Origin: Hyphomicrobiales bacterium
GTDB taxonomy: Bacteria > Pseudomonadota > Alphaproteobacteria > Rhizobiales > TMED25
Length of the DNA: 64,000 nt
Assembly (NCBI GenBank): GCA_049602435.1
Contig: JBMYRO010000001.1
Location: 62,456 to 126,455 of the forward strand
Reading direction: 5' to 3'
Part shown: positions 36,890-46,896 of the stretch, one piece after another
Layout: every line of letters begins with the position of its first letter
How positions within the stretch are numbered: the stretch's first letter is position 1
Notes under the pieces: generated by a model
What the model saw: only the letters and a program-made list of their open reading frames with translations
What the model was told of the DNA's origin: nothing
Databases searched by the model: none
Program-made: the position numbers and the translations under genes

Positions 36890-37633
36890 ATGAGATATAA
36901 ACTATTAATTGAGTATGATGGATCAAACTATTCCGGCTGGCAACGACAAGAAAACTCACCATCTATTCAAGCTCATATTGAACAGGCAATAGAAAAATTT
37001 TGTGGTAAGAAAGTAACTCTAAATGGAGCTGGAAGAACTGACGCTGGCGTGCACGCTTCTGGACAAGTGGCCCACTTCGATTTGGATGAGGAAAGAGATG
37101 AAAATACTATATTTCAGGCTATAAACTTTTACCTAAAGAACGAGCAGATAAGTATTTTAGATGTTGAAATAGTTCCAGATACTTTTGATGCACGATTCTC
37201 AGCTATAATGAGGCATTACAGATATAAAATAATCAATCGTCAAAGTCCCTTAACATATCATAGGAATACCCATGCGCATATAAATCAAAGCTTAGATATA
37301 TCATTGATGCAACAGGCTGCAGATTATTTTATTGGGAAACATGACTTTACCACATTTAGATCTGCAAGTTGCCAGTCTAAATCGCCAATCAAATCTATTG
37401 AAAAAATTTCAATTAATAAGAAAAAAGAAAAGATCTATATTGATTTTATAGCCAAATCGTTTTTGCATACTCAAGTAAGATCAATTATGGGCTGCATCAT
37501 AAAAGTTGGTATTGGATCATGGAATCCATCAGCAATTCCTGAAATTATCGAGGCAAGAGACCGCTCAAGATGTGCCACGCTTGCTCCGTCTTGTGGTTTA
37601 TATCTGAGAAGAATTGATTACGGTTCTATTTAA
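36890..37633 (+). CDS. truA: tRNA pseudouridine(38-40) synthase
   Basis: MRYKLLIEYDGSNYSGWQRQ and the catalytic GAGRTDAGVHA motif. Confidence 0.9.
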   Translation: MRYKLLIEYDGSNYSGWQRQENSPSIQAHIEQAIEKFCGKKVTLNGAGRTDAGVHASGQVAHFDLDEERDENTIFQAINFYLKNEQISILDVEIVPDTFDARFSAIMRHYRYKIINRQSPLTYHRNTHAHINQSLDISLMQQAADYFIGKHDFTTFRSASCQSKSPIKSIEKISINKKKEKIYIDFIAKSFLHTQVRSIMGCIIKVGIGSWNPSAIPEIIEARDRSRCATLAPSCGLYLRRIDYGSI

Positions 37634-37637
37634 ATAT

Positions 37638-38798
37638 TTAAGAGTTAAAATATTTATAAATAAATCCTTGATAAATCTCTGTAAGAAGAAAAAACTCATC
37701 AATTTTTATTCTCTCATCTACCTGATGCATTGACCTACCAACAAGACCAAATTCTACTACCGGGCAGTATTTTGCAATAAATCTACCATCTGACGTACCA
37801 CCAAAAGTACTTAGTTTGGCTTCTATTTTAGTTTTATTAAATATAGTCTTTTGAAGTAAATCAGATAATTTTCCACTTCCAGTGTAATAAACATCTGCCA
37901 GTGATATTTTTTTTAAATCAAAATTGATATTCACTTCATCTAGGACTGATGAGAGTCTATCCTTCAAGTGCTCCATTAATGATATTTCATTCCATAAATC
38001 ATTGAACCTAATATTAAGAGAAACATTTACTACTTCAGGAATGACATTGTGAGCTAGGTTATTTACGTCTATGGACGTAATTTCAATATTTGTTGGTAGA
38101 AAATGCTCTGACCCTTCATCTATTTGTCCAGTAATTTTTGATAAAGCCACCATAGTGGGTGGTATGGGATTATTCGCTTTTTCAGGGTATGCCACATGTC
38201 CCTGCTTTCCAGTAATTTTTAAATCACAAGACAGACTTCCTCTTCGTCCAATTTTAATATTATCACCAATAAGCTCTTTGTTTGTTGGTTCAGTGACAAT
38301 ACAATCATCAATTTTCATTCCTTGATCATTCACCCACTTAACTAGAGGCTCAGTCCCATTTATTGCGACCCCCTCCTCATCACCAGTTATTAAATAACTT
38401 AATGTGCCATTGGAATCCATTTTTTCATGAAAGTAGTTAATTCCAGCAACAATAGAGGCAATTACTGCTCCTTTCATATCTTCGGCACCTCGTGAATATA
38501 TAAAACCATCTTCAATATGTCCTGAAAAAGGAGGATACCTCCAACTATTCAGTTCACCTGGGGGAACAACATCTACGTGACCTGCAAAATTAAGATGAGG
38601 ACTACCGGATCCAATTATAGCGAACATATTTTCTACCTCTGGTGTATTACCTGAGTCAAATTTCACTCTATGTATCTCAAAATTATATTTTTTGAATAAC
38701 GTTTCCAAAAAATCAAAGGATTTTTTAACATCAGGGGTAACGCTCTCAATTCTCAAGAAATCTTGTAGAATATTTTGTGCTTCAACTTGATTTATCAT
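37638..38798 (-). CDS. dapE: Succinyl-diaminopimelate desuccinylase (M20 family)
   Basis: 386 aa with M20 motifs (FAGHVDVVP, GAEDMKG, GDEEG). It is adjacent to dapD. Confidence 0.85.
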   Translation of the reverse strand: MINQVEAQNILQDFLRIESVTPDVKKSFDFLETLFKKYNFEIHRVKFDSGNTPEVENMFAIIGSGSPHLNFAGHVDVVPPGELNSWRYPPFSGHIEDGFIYSRGAEDMKGAVIASIVAGINYFHEKMDSNGTLSYLITGDEEGVAINGTEPLVKWVNDQGMKIDDCIVTEPTNKELIGDNIKIGRRGSLSCDLKITGKQGHVAYPEKANNPIPPTMVALSKITGQIDEGSEHFLPTNIEITSIDVNNLAHNVIPEVVNVSLNIRFNDLWNEISLMEHLKDRLSSVLDEVNINFDLKKISLADVYYTGSGKLSDLLQKTIFNKTKIEAKLSTFGGTSDGRFIAKYCPVVEFGLVGRSMHQVDERIKIDEFFLLTEIYQGFIYKYFNS

Positions 38799-38820
38799 GA
38801 ATATACATTTTTGAAATTAA

Positions 38821-39642
38821 TTATGACCTTAATAGCTCATTGATAGATGTTTTTGACCTGGTTTTCTCATCGACTCTTTTAACAATGACTGCACAATAAA
38901 GTCCAAGACCTTCATCCCTCATTTTCTCACTAGGTAATGTTCCAGGAACTACTACAGAATACGATGGGACTTTGCCAAAATGAATATCCCCTGTGTCTCT
39001 ATCGATAATCTTTGTAGAAGCTCCGATAAAAACTCCCATAGAAATTACTGATCCTTCTTCAACAATAACACCCTCTGCGATTTCTGACCTCGCCCCAATA
39101 AAACAATTATCTTCTATTATTACAGGATTCGCTTGGAGTGGTTCAAGTACACCTCCAATACCGACTCCCCCGCTTATATGGCAATTTTTCCCTATTTGTG
39201 CACAGGATCCGACCGTAGACCATGTGTCAATCATCGTCCCTTGATCCACATACGCACCCACATTGATAAATGAGGGCATAATGACACAATCTTTTGCAAC
39301 ATAAGCAGATTTTCTGATAACAGCATTTGGAACATTCCGGAATCCTGCTGAATTATATCTATCCTCATCCCAATCTACAGTCTTACCTGCAACTTTATCG
39401 AACCAAGTTGCGTATGGACCGTTTAAAGTTGAATTACTTTTTGTTCTAAAACTGAGTAAGATAGCTTTCTTGATCCATTGGTTTACTATCCAATTACCAT
39501 CAATCTTTTCGCAAACTCTGAGCACCCCAGAATCCAGTTGTTCAAGAACATCCTCAACAATCTTGCTAACTTCTTCAATATTAGTAGATGATGAATTATT
39601 ATCGAAAATATTATTAATTATCTCTTCATAATTATTATTCAT
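38821..39642 (-). CDS. dapD: 2,3,4,5-tetrahydropyridine-2,6-dicarboxylate N-succinyltransferase
   Basis: 273 aa with a left-handed beta-helix of hexapeptide repeats and full-length DapD resemblance ([34 protein letters not shown]). Confidence 0.9.
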   Translation of the reverse strand: MNNNYEEIINNIFDNNSSSTNIEEVSKIVEDVLEQLDSGVLRVCEKIDGNWIVNQWIKKAILLSFRTKSNSTLNGPYATWFDKVAGKTVDWDEDRYNSAGFRNVPNAVIRKSAYVAKDCVIMPSFINVGAYVDQGTMIDTWSTVGSCAQIGKNCHISGGVGIGGVLEPLQANPVIIEDNCFIGARSEIAEGVIVEEGSVISMGVFIGASTKIIDRDTGDIHFGKVPSYSVVVPGTLPSEKMRDEGLGLYCAVIVKRVDEKTRSKTSINELLRS

Positions 39643-39654
39643 TTTTCGTTATTC

Positions 39655-40509
39655 TTAACCTCTCATATATTTATCTATCAAATTTGAATATAAATCCTCA
39701 TTGGATAATTCACCTATTTTATCCATATCTATATTATAATCACTAAAATTACCAGTTTTGAGAAGCCTTTGTATTGCATCTCTATAAGCTTGCATTGCTA
39801 CAAAATAGGCTTTATGTCCTGGCAAACTAACTGAGATACCCATTTTAGCAAGCTCATCAAGAGGTAATGTAGTTGAATTATTGCCTAAGATTATAGGTAC
39901 ATTGTGATGATTTGCTATTTCACAAATGTGATCTTTTGAATTAACATTAACATAAAAAATTACATCCGCGCCTTCTGACTCATAAGCTTTACCTCTTTCA
40001 ATCATATCTTCAAATCCAGTGTGAGGATAACAGCCTGTACGTGCAACTATACAGGTACTTATATTTTTTCTAGAGTCTATTGCAATTTTTATTTTTTTTG
40101 TTGCCTCTTTTAGACCTAAAAAATTTGGTTTTTTGGAAGCGCCAAATTGAATTGGTAAATCAGTATCTTCTAGAGAGATACCCGAAGCACCAGCATCTTC
40201 AAGACTCTCAACTGTTCGCTTTACATTCAACGCGTTCCCATAACCATTATCTGCGTCTACGATTAATGGAATTTCAGTATTTTTAGCTATTCTTCTTACG
40301 GTTTCGGTAAGTTCCGATAATGTTAGTAACATAAGATCAGGCTCTGATAAATAATCAAGCGATATGATTCTACCTGGTATAATACCTAATTTAAACCCTA
40401 CATCACCTGCAATCCTTGCTGATAATGGATTAAAAATTGTTGCAGGGTTATAGCAATTCCCATCATTTAGTAAATCTCGAAGCTTTGTATTTATATCTGT
40501 GTTTATCAT
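39655..40509 (-). CDS. Isocitrate lyase/PEP mutase superfamily protein (methylisocitrate lyase / oxaloacetate decarboxylase-like)
   Basis: 284 aa with the family motifs PLIVDADNGYGNALN and AGASGISLEDT. Confidence 0.8.
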   Translation of the reverse strand: MINTDINTKLRDLLNDGNCYNPATIFNPLSARIAGDVGFKLGIIPGRIISLDYLSEPDLMLLTLSELTETVRRIAKNTEIPLIVDADNGYGNALNVKRTVESLEDAGASGISLEDTDLPIQFGASKKPNFLGLKEATKKIKIAIDSRKNISTCIVARTGCYPHTGFEDMIERGKAYESEGADVIFYVNVNSKDHICEIANHHNVPIILGNNSTTLPLDELAKMGISVSLPGHKAYFVAMQAYRDAIQRLLKTGNFSDYNIDMDKIGELSNEDLYSNLIDKYMRG

Positions 40510-40598
40510 GACCTATCCTTTAATACTTATATATTAGATATTTATAAACCTACAACCTGTTGGCATCCTGTTAAGCTCACATTTAATTATAGTGATAT

Positions 40599-40997
40599 CT
40601 AAAGTGGCTTCCAATCATCTTTTTTTGCTTCCCAATTATCGAAAATTTCTTGTGCAGCTTTTAGTGCATGATTTGTTTTTGGAAAGCCAATATAAGGTGA
40701 GCACTGCAGAATAACTTCAATTAATTCCTCTTTATTAGCACCTCTATTTAGTGCACCACGCACATGTAACCCAACCTCATGCGGCAAATCTAATGCCGCA
40801 GCTGCCGCCATAACAATCATTTCACGTGTCTTTAAATCTAAATTTGGTCTATCCCAAATAGTACCAAAACAGTATTCATGAATGGCGTCGGCATGTGTAG
40901 GGCAAATCTTGTATAGATCATCCCACCTCTCGAGCCCCTCTTTTCCAAAAGCTTCATCACGTATTTTTTTTCCTTTTTCCCATTTTTCATTTGTCAT
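40599..40997 (-). CDS. Carboxymuconolactone decarboxylase family protein (PcaC-like)
   Basis: 132 aa. GTIWDRPNLDLKTREMIVMAAAAALDLPHEVGLHVRGALNRGANKEELIEVILQCSPYIGFP matches the gamma-CMD pattern. Confidence 0.8.
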   Translation of the reverse strand: MTNEKWEKGKKIRDEAFGKEGLERWDDLYKICPTHADAIHEYCFGTIWDRPNLDLKTREMIVMAAAAALDLPHEVGLHVRGALNRGANKEELIEVILQCSPYIGFPKTNHALKAAQEIFDNWEAKKDDWKPL

Positions 40998-41042
40998 TTT
41001 TTTCTCCTCTTCGTTACTTTATTATCTGTTACTATTTTTTAT

Positions 41043-42044
41043 TTATTGTATTGCTGAAAAAACTGCTCTACCAATGGCCCTAGTAAGGGTATCTGATGCT
41101 AAAGACCCAATCTGAGTCAGATTATACTCATCTATATTTAATTTTTTGTCATTACTGCTGACCACAAAAATAATATCCCCATCCATTGGTGTTCCTACCG
41201 GTTGGATCGCACGGCTTAGACCTGAGGTACACATTTTTGCAATTTTATATAGATCTAATTTGTTTAATTCTATGTTAGTAGCTATCACAGATATAGTTGT
41301 ATTCTCTTTAGATGTTAGATCACTCCTTAATTTGGTATTATTTTTACATTCATAATTAAAACTGTATTTAGCAAAGTTTTTATAATTTGAATTAATATTA
41401 TCACCCATTTCTCCACTCATCTCATATAACCCTGAATATAAAATCCCTGTATTATCTATAAATGGTGAGCCTAGTGAATTTACAATTGTTATAGCCCCTA
41501 TAGTAAAATTATTATCAATGCTTATTGATGCACTACCCAATCCACCCTTAAATATTCCAGCTTTAGCACCAATTCCTGCTCCGGTATTTCCAAGAATAAA
41601 ATTCTTACTGGCGTTTTTAAAAGCTAATTTGGCTAGATTCCTATATAGTTCACTATTTATTGATTTATGGTTTTTGCTACTCAAGTCATAAATTGAAGCG
41701 CATGGGACTATTGGTATCGAAATGTTCGAATTTTTAATCTTAAATCCCCTGCTCTCCTCAGACAATATGTCCACATATTCAGAACCAGCTGAGAGACCAA
41801 ATACCGATCCACCAGACAATGAAATTCCATCAATGTATCTAATTGTTCTCTCAGGTTGGAGCAGATCAATCTCTCTTGAAGCAGAAGCCCCACCATATAC
41901 ATATGCAGATGCTGAAAATGTTTTTTCGAATTTTACATAAGTTAATCCGGTCTGAAGTTGATTATCTTCGGCATTACCAATCAGAATTCCGTCAACATCT
42001 GTTATGAGGTTTCTACCCCCAGGAATAATTTTTTTCTTATTCAT
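41043..42044 (-). CDS. P1/S58 (DmpA-type) aminopeptidase family protein
   Basis: 333 aa. ITDVDGILIGNAED at the N-terminus and the Gly-rich nucleophile region (GNTGAGIGAKAG, TTISVIATN) are typical of the DmpA/BapA fold. Confidence 0.8.
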   Translation of the reverse strand: MNKKKIIPGGRNLITDVDGILIGNAEDNQLQTGLTYVKFEKTFSASAYVYGGASASREIDLLQPERTIRYIDGISLSGGSVFGLSAGSEYVDILSEESRGFKIKNSNISIPIVPCASIYDLSSKNHKSINSELYRNLAKLAFKNASKNFILGNTGAGIGAKAGIFKGGLGSASISIDNNFTIGAITIVNSLGSPFIDNTGILYSGLYEMSGEMGDNINSNYKNFAKYSFNYECKNNTKLRSDLTSKENTTISVIATNIELNKLDLYKIAKMCTSGLSRAIQPVGTPMDGDIIFVVSSNDKKLNIDEYNLTQIGSLASDTLTRAIGRAVFSAIQ

Positions 42045-42179
42045 TAAGATTAGTTCTATCTAAAGTTAAATTTAATCATATTTCAAAAAATAAAATATTT
42101 GAAATAAATATTATTTTTTGTTTATGTTTTTTATTTAATAATGTATAGATAATCTAACTTAGAATTAGGAGTAACTAAA

Positions 42180-42314
42180 TTGAAACGTACTTATCAACCA
42201 AGTGTACTAGTTAGAAAGAGAAGACACGGGTTCAGAACAAGAAAAGCTACAAATGGTGGTCTAAAAGTACTTAGTCGTAGGCGAGCTAAAGGAAGAAAGC
42301 GTTTGTCTGCTTGA
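42180..42314 (+). CDS. rpmH: 50S ribosomal protein L34
   Basis: The TTG start has an AGGAG 8 nt upstream. It encodes [44 protein letters not shown]. It is below the ORF-track size cut-off. Confidence 0.92.
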   Translation: MKRTYQPSVLVRKRRHGFRTRKATNGGLKVLSRRRAKGRKRLSA

Positions 42315-42337
42315 CGCAAAATAGCTTTTTATAATTC

Positions 42338-42652
42338 ATGGAAACCATAAAAAAAAGAGCTGAATTTATTGCCTCGTCAAAGGGAGATAAATTTGTAACT
42401 CCTTCCTTTATTTTTCTAAAACATAAACTAAATGGCGCTTATGTGAATGATCCCAAAGTTGGTTACACGGCATCAAAAAAAATTGGTGGAGCTGTAATGA
42501 GAAATAGAGCGAAAAGAAGAATGAGATTCCTTGCAAAAGAAGTACTTTTTGATAGTGCCAAACCAAATACAAACTATGTATTTATTGCTCGACGAAAAAT
42601 CTTAGAATATCCTTTTAGCCAAATGGCAAATGATCTAAAAAAAATAATCTAA
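42338..42652 (+). CDS. rnpA: Ribonuclease P protein component
   Basis: 104 aa with the basic RNR-type motif (AVMRNRAKRRMRF). It lies between rpmH and yidC. Confidence 0.8.
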   Translation: METIKKRAEFIASSKGDKFVTPSFIFLKHKLNGAYVNDPKVGYTASKKIGGAVMRNRAKRRMRFLAKEVLFDSAKPNTNYVFIARRKILEYPFSQMANDLKKII

Positions 42653-42663
42653 AAGAAATTATT

Positions 42664-44451
42664 ATGAACGAACAAAGAAATTTTTTACTGGCTATCACAC
42701 TATCCATAATAGTTCTTCTTTTTTGGCAATACTTTGTTGGAAGCAAACAAATCGATGATAGATCTCCTGAACAAGTATCTGCAGAAAACAATACTGCAGC
42801 TATTCAAGATTTGTCGAATATACCTCTTCCAAGTGATCCTGTTGAAAATGATGATATCTCCATTCAAGCACCTGGTGGATCATCTAACAGCGCATATACC
42901 GAGACAAGACGCATCAAAATTAACACAGAAAACTTGAGCGGCTCAATTTCGCTCACAGGTGCAAAGTTAGACGATATTCAACTCAAAAATTATCGAGAGA
43001 ATTTATCAGAGGATAGTGATCTGGTTCATATATTTAGACCATATTCATCTCAAAATCCATATTATGCACATCAAGGGTGGGTGTCAGGTTCTGATATCAA
43101 AATCAAACTGCCGGATGATAAATCGGTTTGGGAAATAATTGAAGGAGAGGAGCTATCAGTAAATCAACCCATAAAGCTTAGATGGGATAACGGAGAAGGT
43201 CTTGTTTTTACAAAGAAATATATTGTTGATGAAAACTACCTATTCACAGTTCATCAATCTATAGAAAATAATACTGACAATGATCTAACTATATACCCAT
43301 ATTCACTAATTTCTAGAAAAGGCTTGCCAGAAGACTATCAAAATTTCTTTGTTTTACATGAAGGATACATTGGTGTATTGGGAGATCAAGGGGAGAAAAA
43401 AGCAGATTATTCTGATATTGCAGAAGAAACTGAGTCATTTGAAAATATTTCAGGTGGTTGGCTTGGATTCACTGACAAAAACTGGGCAACTGTTATAATA
43501 CCACCACAGACAATTACTTACCAGGGTAGGTTTACATCACAAGGAAATGGAAATACTTACCAAGTAGATTACCTTGGTGAAGCTCAAAAACTGAATGCAA
43601 ATTCTTCAATCGATATTGAGTCTCAAATATTTGCTGGAGCGAAAGAAGTAAAAATACTTGACAATTACGAAGAAGTCCATTCTTTCGAAAAATTTGACCT
43701 TCTTGTAGACTGGGGATGGTTTTATTTCCTAACAAAACCACTTTTTTATGTCCTTCAATGGCTATATGGATTGCTTGGAAATTATGGCTTGTCAATACTT
43801 GGGGTAACAATTCTCATTAAAATTGTCTTTTTCCCTCTAGCAAATAAAGCTTATGTATCAATGAGTGCTATGAAAAAGCTATCTCCAGAAATGCTAAAAA
43901 TTAGAGATACATATAAAGATGATCGTGCAAAACAACAACAAGCAATAATTGCATTATACAAAAGGGATAAAGTTAACCCGTTATCAGGATGTATACCAAT
44001 TCTTATTCAGGTTCCCGTATTTTTTGCCCTTTATAAAGTCCTTTTGTGTACAATGGAAATGAGACATCAACCATTCTATGGATGGATACAAGATTTATCT
44101 GCAAAAGATCCAACAACACTATTCAATCTATTTGGATTAATTCCATGGACACCTCCTTCATTTTTAATAATTGGAATCTGGCCAATTATCATGGGACTGA
44201 CTATGTTTATTCAGATGCGTCTCAACCCAGCTCCCCCAGATCCAATTCAACAAAAAATATTTGCATGGATGCCAGTATTTCTTACATTCCTTTTTGCTCA
44301 ATTCTCTGCTGGGCTTGTAATATATTGGGCGTGGAATAATACACTTTCTTCCCTTCAGCAATATATTATAATGAAACGCATGGGTGTTGAGGTTGAATTA
44401 TGGTCAAATATAGCGAACACATTCAAGAAGAAGAAATCAGAAAATCATTAA
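42664..44451 (+). CDS. yidC: Membrane protein insertase YidC
   Basis: 595 aa with an N-terminal TM helix, a large periplasmic domain and the conserved C-terminal 60-kDa insertase core (LSILGVTILIKIVFFPLANK..., CIPILIQVPVFFALY). Confidence 0.9.
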   Translation: MNEQRNFLLAITLSIIVLLFWQYFVGSKQIDDRSPEQVSAENNTAAIQDLSNIPLPSDPVENDDISIQAPGGSSNSAYTETRRIKINTENLSGSISLTGAKLDDIQLKNYRENLSEDSDLVHIFRPYSSQNPYYAHQGWVSGSDIKIKLPDDKSVWEIIEGEELSVNQPIKLRWDNGEGLVFTKKYIVDENYLFTVHQSIENNTDNDLTIYPYSLISRKGLPEDYQNFFVLHEGYIGVLGDQGEKKADYSDIAEETESFENISGGWLGFTDKNWATVIIPPQTITYQGRFTSQGNGNTYQVDYLGEAQKLNANSSIDIESQIFAGAKEVKILDNYEEVHSFEKFDLLVDWGWFYFLTKPLFYVLQWLYGLLGNYGLSILGVTILIKIVFFPLANKAYVSMSAMKKLSPEMLKIRDTYKDDRAKQQQAIIALYKRDKVNPLSGCIPILIQVPVFFALYKVLLCTMEMRHQPFYGWIQDLSAKDPTTLFNLFGLIPWTPPSFLIIGIWPIIMGLTMFIQMRLNPAPPDPIQQKIFAWMPVFLTFLFAQFSAGLVIYWAWNNTLSSLQQYIIMKRMGVEVELWSNIANTFKKKKSENH

Positions 44452-45095
44452 TTCTTGATATTGACGACTTTACAGATGCTGAGCTTGAAAACTCAAGACT
44501 TTTATTTGCTAGAACTAGCAAGTTCGTAACTTCAGTAGCAAGCAATTCTGGATACCCACTTCATAATAAAAGAGAGATAGCTTTTGCCGGAAGATCTAAT
44601 GTTGGAAAGTCTAGTCTCATAAATTCAATCACAGAAGTTACTGGATTAGCTAGAGTGTCTAATACACCCGGAAGGACACAAATGATCAATTTCTTTTCTC
44701 AAGATGATGCTTTTTTTTTGGTTGATCTTCCAGGGTTTGGTTATGCCAAAGCAAGCAAAGATGCAATCAAAAAATGGAAAAGTCTAACTTATGATTATCT
44801 CCAAGGTAGAAAAGAACTAGAGCTTGTGTTCTTTTTAATAGACTCAAGACATGGCATAAAAGAAATTGATGAAAATATTATGGATATACTTGATAGCGCA
44901 GCAGTTTCATATCAAATAGTCATGACCAAATATGATAAAATTAATAAATCTCAGAGTCAAAAACTAATAGAAGCAACAAATGAGAAAATTAGTAAAAGAG
45001 CTGCCGCAAGACCAGGTATTCTAGTTTCATCAAGTAAAGATAAATATGGTATTGATATAATAAGGGCGCTCATATATAGAATTATAAACACTTAA
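44400..45095 (+). CDS. engB: Ribosome biogenesis GTPase EngB/YihA
   Basis: G1 GRSNVGKSS, G3 DLPGFGY and G4 TKYDK. ATG 44400 overlaps yidC by 52 nt. An ATT at 44451, overlapping the yidC stop, is an alternative start. Confidence 0.88.
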   Translation: MVKYSEHIQEEEIRKSLILDIDDFTDAELENSRLLFARTSKFVTSVASNSGYPLHNKREIAFAGRSNVGKSSLINSITEVTGLARVSNTPGRTQMINFFSQDDAFFLVDLPGFGYAKASKDAIKKWKSLTYDYLQGRKELELVFFLIDSRHGIKEIDENIMDILDSAAVSYQIVMTKYDKINKSQSQKLIEATNEKISKRAAARPGILVSSSKDKYGIDIIRALIYRIINT

Positions 45096-45106
45096 ATGGA
45101 TATTTA

Positions 45107-45991
45107 ATGCAAAAAATAGACTCAACTGTAAGAGCAAAGATTTTATCTGAAGCACTCCCATATATGCAAATGTATAATAAAGAATACATAGTTGTAAAAT
45201 ATGGTGGACATGCAATGGTAAATAGTAATTTAGCAGAAAAGTTTGCGCAGAATATAGTTATGTTACAACACGCTGGAATGCACCCAATTGTTGTTCATGG
45301 TGGTGGACCTCAAATTGGTGAGACCTTAAAAGAGCAAGGTGTGGAAAGTAAGTTCCATAATGGACTCAGAATAACAGACGCCGAAACAATCAAGGTTGTT
45401 GAAAAGGTCTTATATGAGATAATTAATAGAGATATTGTGAACAGTATTAAAAAATTTGGAGGAAAATCTGTTAGTTTATCAGGAAACAAAGATTCCATAA
45501 TTAGGGCAAAAAAATTAACTAATGCGCAAGAGACTGACTCGAATATTGAAAAGATAATGGATCTGGGGTTTGTTGGAGAACCTGAAAGTATATCACCAGA
45601 TATAATTATAGAGAAATGCAACACAGGACAAATACCAGTCATTACACCACTTGGTATAAGTCAAGATAATATCACTTATAACATAAATGCTGACACTGCA
45701 GCTGGAGCAATTGCAAGCGCTTTAAATGCAAAACGATTACTTATGCTAACTGATATTGTGGGTGTTCTTGATGACAACAAAAACCTAATTAATGAATTAA
45801 AAATAAGCGAAGCAAAACGACTAATATCCACTGGTACAATCAATGGTGGTATGATACCAAAAATTGAAACATGTATTGAAGCAATAAAGAATGGCGTGGA
45901 AAAATCTGTAATTCTAGATGGAAGAGTTGAAAATGCTATAATATTAGAGCTATTCACTGAAGATGGAATAGGTACCCTAATAAAAAATTAA
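45107..45991 (+). CDS. argB: Acetylglutamate kinase
   Basis: 294 aa with VVKYGGHAM and VVHGGGPQI motifs. Confidence 0.9.
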   Translation: MQKIDSTVRAKILSEALPYMQMYNKEYIVVKYGGHAMVNSNLAEKFAQNIVMLQHAGMHPIVVHGGGPQIGETLKEQGVESKFHNGLRITDAETIKVVEKVLYEIINRDIVNSIKKFGGKSVSLSGNKDSIIRAKKLTNAQETDSNIEKIMDLGFVGEPESISPDIIIEKCNTGQIPVITPLGISQDNITYNINADTAAGAIASALNAKRLLMLTDIVGVLDDNKNLINELKISEAKRLISTGTINGGMIPKIETCIEAIKNGVEKSVILDGRVENAIILELFTEDGIGTLIKN

Positions 45992-46014
45992 TTATTTAAC
46001 CTTAAGAGGATCAA

Positions 46015-46896
46015 ATGACTATTGCAAAGACAGGAAATATTTATCCAGAAATATTCAGATTTACAATGGGTGATTTTGAGATCACTACAATATTAGATGG
46101 ACTAGTTCAGCGGGATGGACCTTACCCAATATTTGGACAAAATGTTGATGAAAGTGAAGTACATAAGCTCTTAAGAGAAAATCTTTTACCTGAAAAACAG
46201 TTTGAACATGGTTTTACACCAATTCTTGTTAATACCGGTAATGATCTAATTTTATTTGACCCTGGCAATGGTAAACTAAATGAGAAACATGGTAGGTTGA
46301 TAAGCTTACTTGAAAGTTCTGGATATGATCATAATGACGTTACAAAAATAGTTATAACCCACTGTCACCCCGACCACATTGGAGGTTTAATGCTATTAGA
46401 CGATGGGTATTTCAGTAACGCAACTATAATTATTGGTGAGACAGAATTCGATTGTTGGAATACTGGCAAAAATATCCCAGAGCAAAGAAAAGCAAATAAA
46501 GAGCTTTTTGAGAAAATCTGCCTCCCCCTTATAGATAAGATGGAATTTATTAAACCCGACCAGGAAGTTGTAACAGGAATTACAGCAGTAAATGGGTTTG
46601 GTCATTCCCCTGGGCATATGTGCTACAATATCGAAAGCAACAATAAAACAATCTTTTTCGCTGCAGACATCACCAATCATTATGTGGTATCTATGCAAGT
46701 TCCTGATTGGCATGTTATGTTTGATGATATTAAAGATTTAGCAGTAGAAAGTAGAAAACGAATCCTCAGCATGCTAGCAAAAGATAAAACACCTATGATT
46801 GGATATCATATGCCATTCCCAGCAGTTGGTTATGTTGAAGAGAAAAATGATGGTGGCTTTAAATGGTTGCCAATATCTTATCAATTAAGCTTTTAG
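46015..46896 (+). CDS. Metallo-beta-lactamase fold hydrolase
   Basis: The HxHxDH motif (THCHPDHIGG) plus downstream His/Asp ligands (GHSPGH, AADITNH, GYHMPFP). Confidence 0.8.
   Translation: MTIAKTGNIYPEIFRFTMGDFEITTILDGLVQRDGPYPIFGQNVDESEVHKLLRENLLPEKQFEHGFTPILVNTGNDLILFDPGNGKLNEKHGRLISLLESSGYDHNDVTKIVITHCHPDHIGGLMLLDDGYFSNATIIIGETEFDCWNTGKNIPEQRKANKELFEKICLPLIDKMEFIKPDQEVVTGITAVNGFGHSPGHMCYNIESNNKTIFFAADITNHYVVSMQVPDWHVMFDDIKDLAVESRKRILSMLAKDKTPMIGYHMPFPAVGYVEEKNDGGFKWLPISYQLSF

Noticed and set aside
40561-40577. A sigma-54-like element, TGGCAT-N6-AAGC, in the CMD / ICL-family spacer.
   Set aside because: The GG-to-GC spacing is one nt too long relative to TGGCAC-N5-TTGC, and the -12 element is AAGC rather than TTGC. 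It is also on the plus strand, antisense to both flanking minus-strand genes.
42079-42106. The inverted repeat TATTTCAAA-N10-TTTGAAATA upstream of rpmH.
   Set aside because: The 9-bp stem is made entirely of A/T in a low-complexity spacer, so it cannot be distinguished from chance. I saw no DnaA-box-like TTATCCACA motifs nearby that would suggest an origin.
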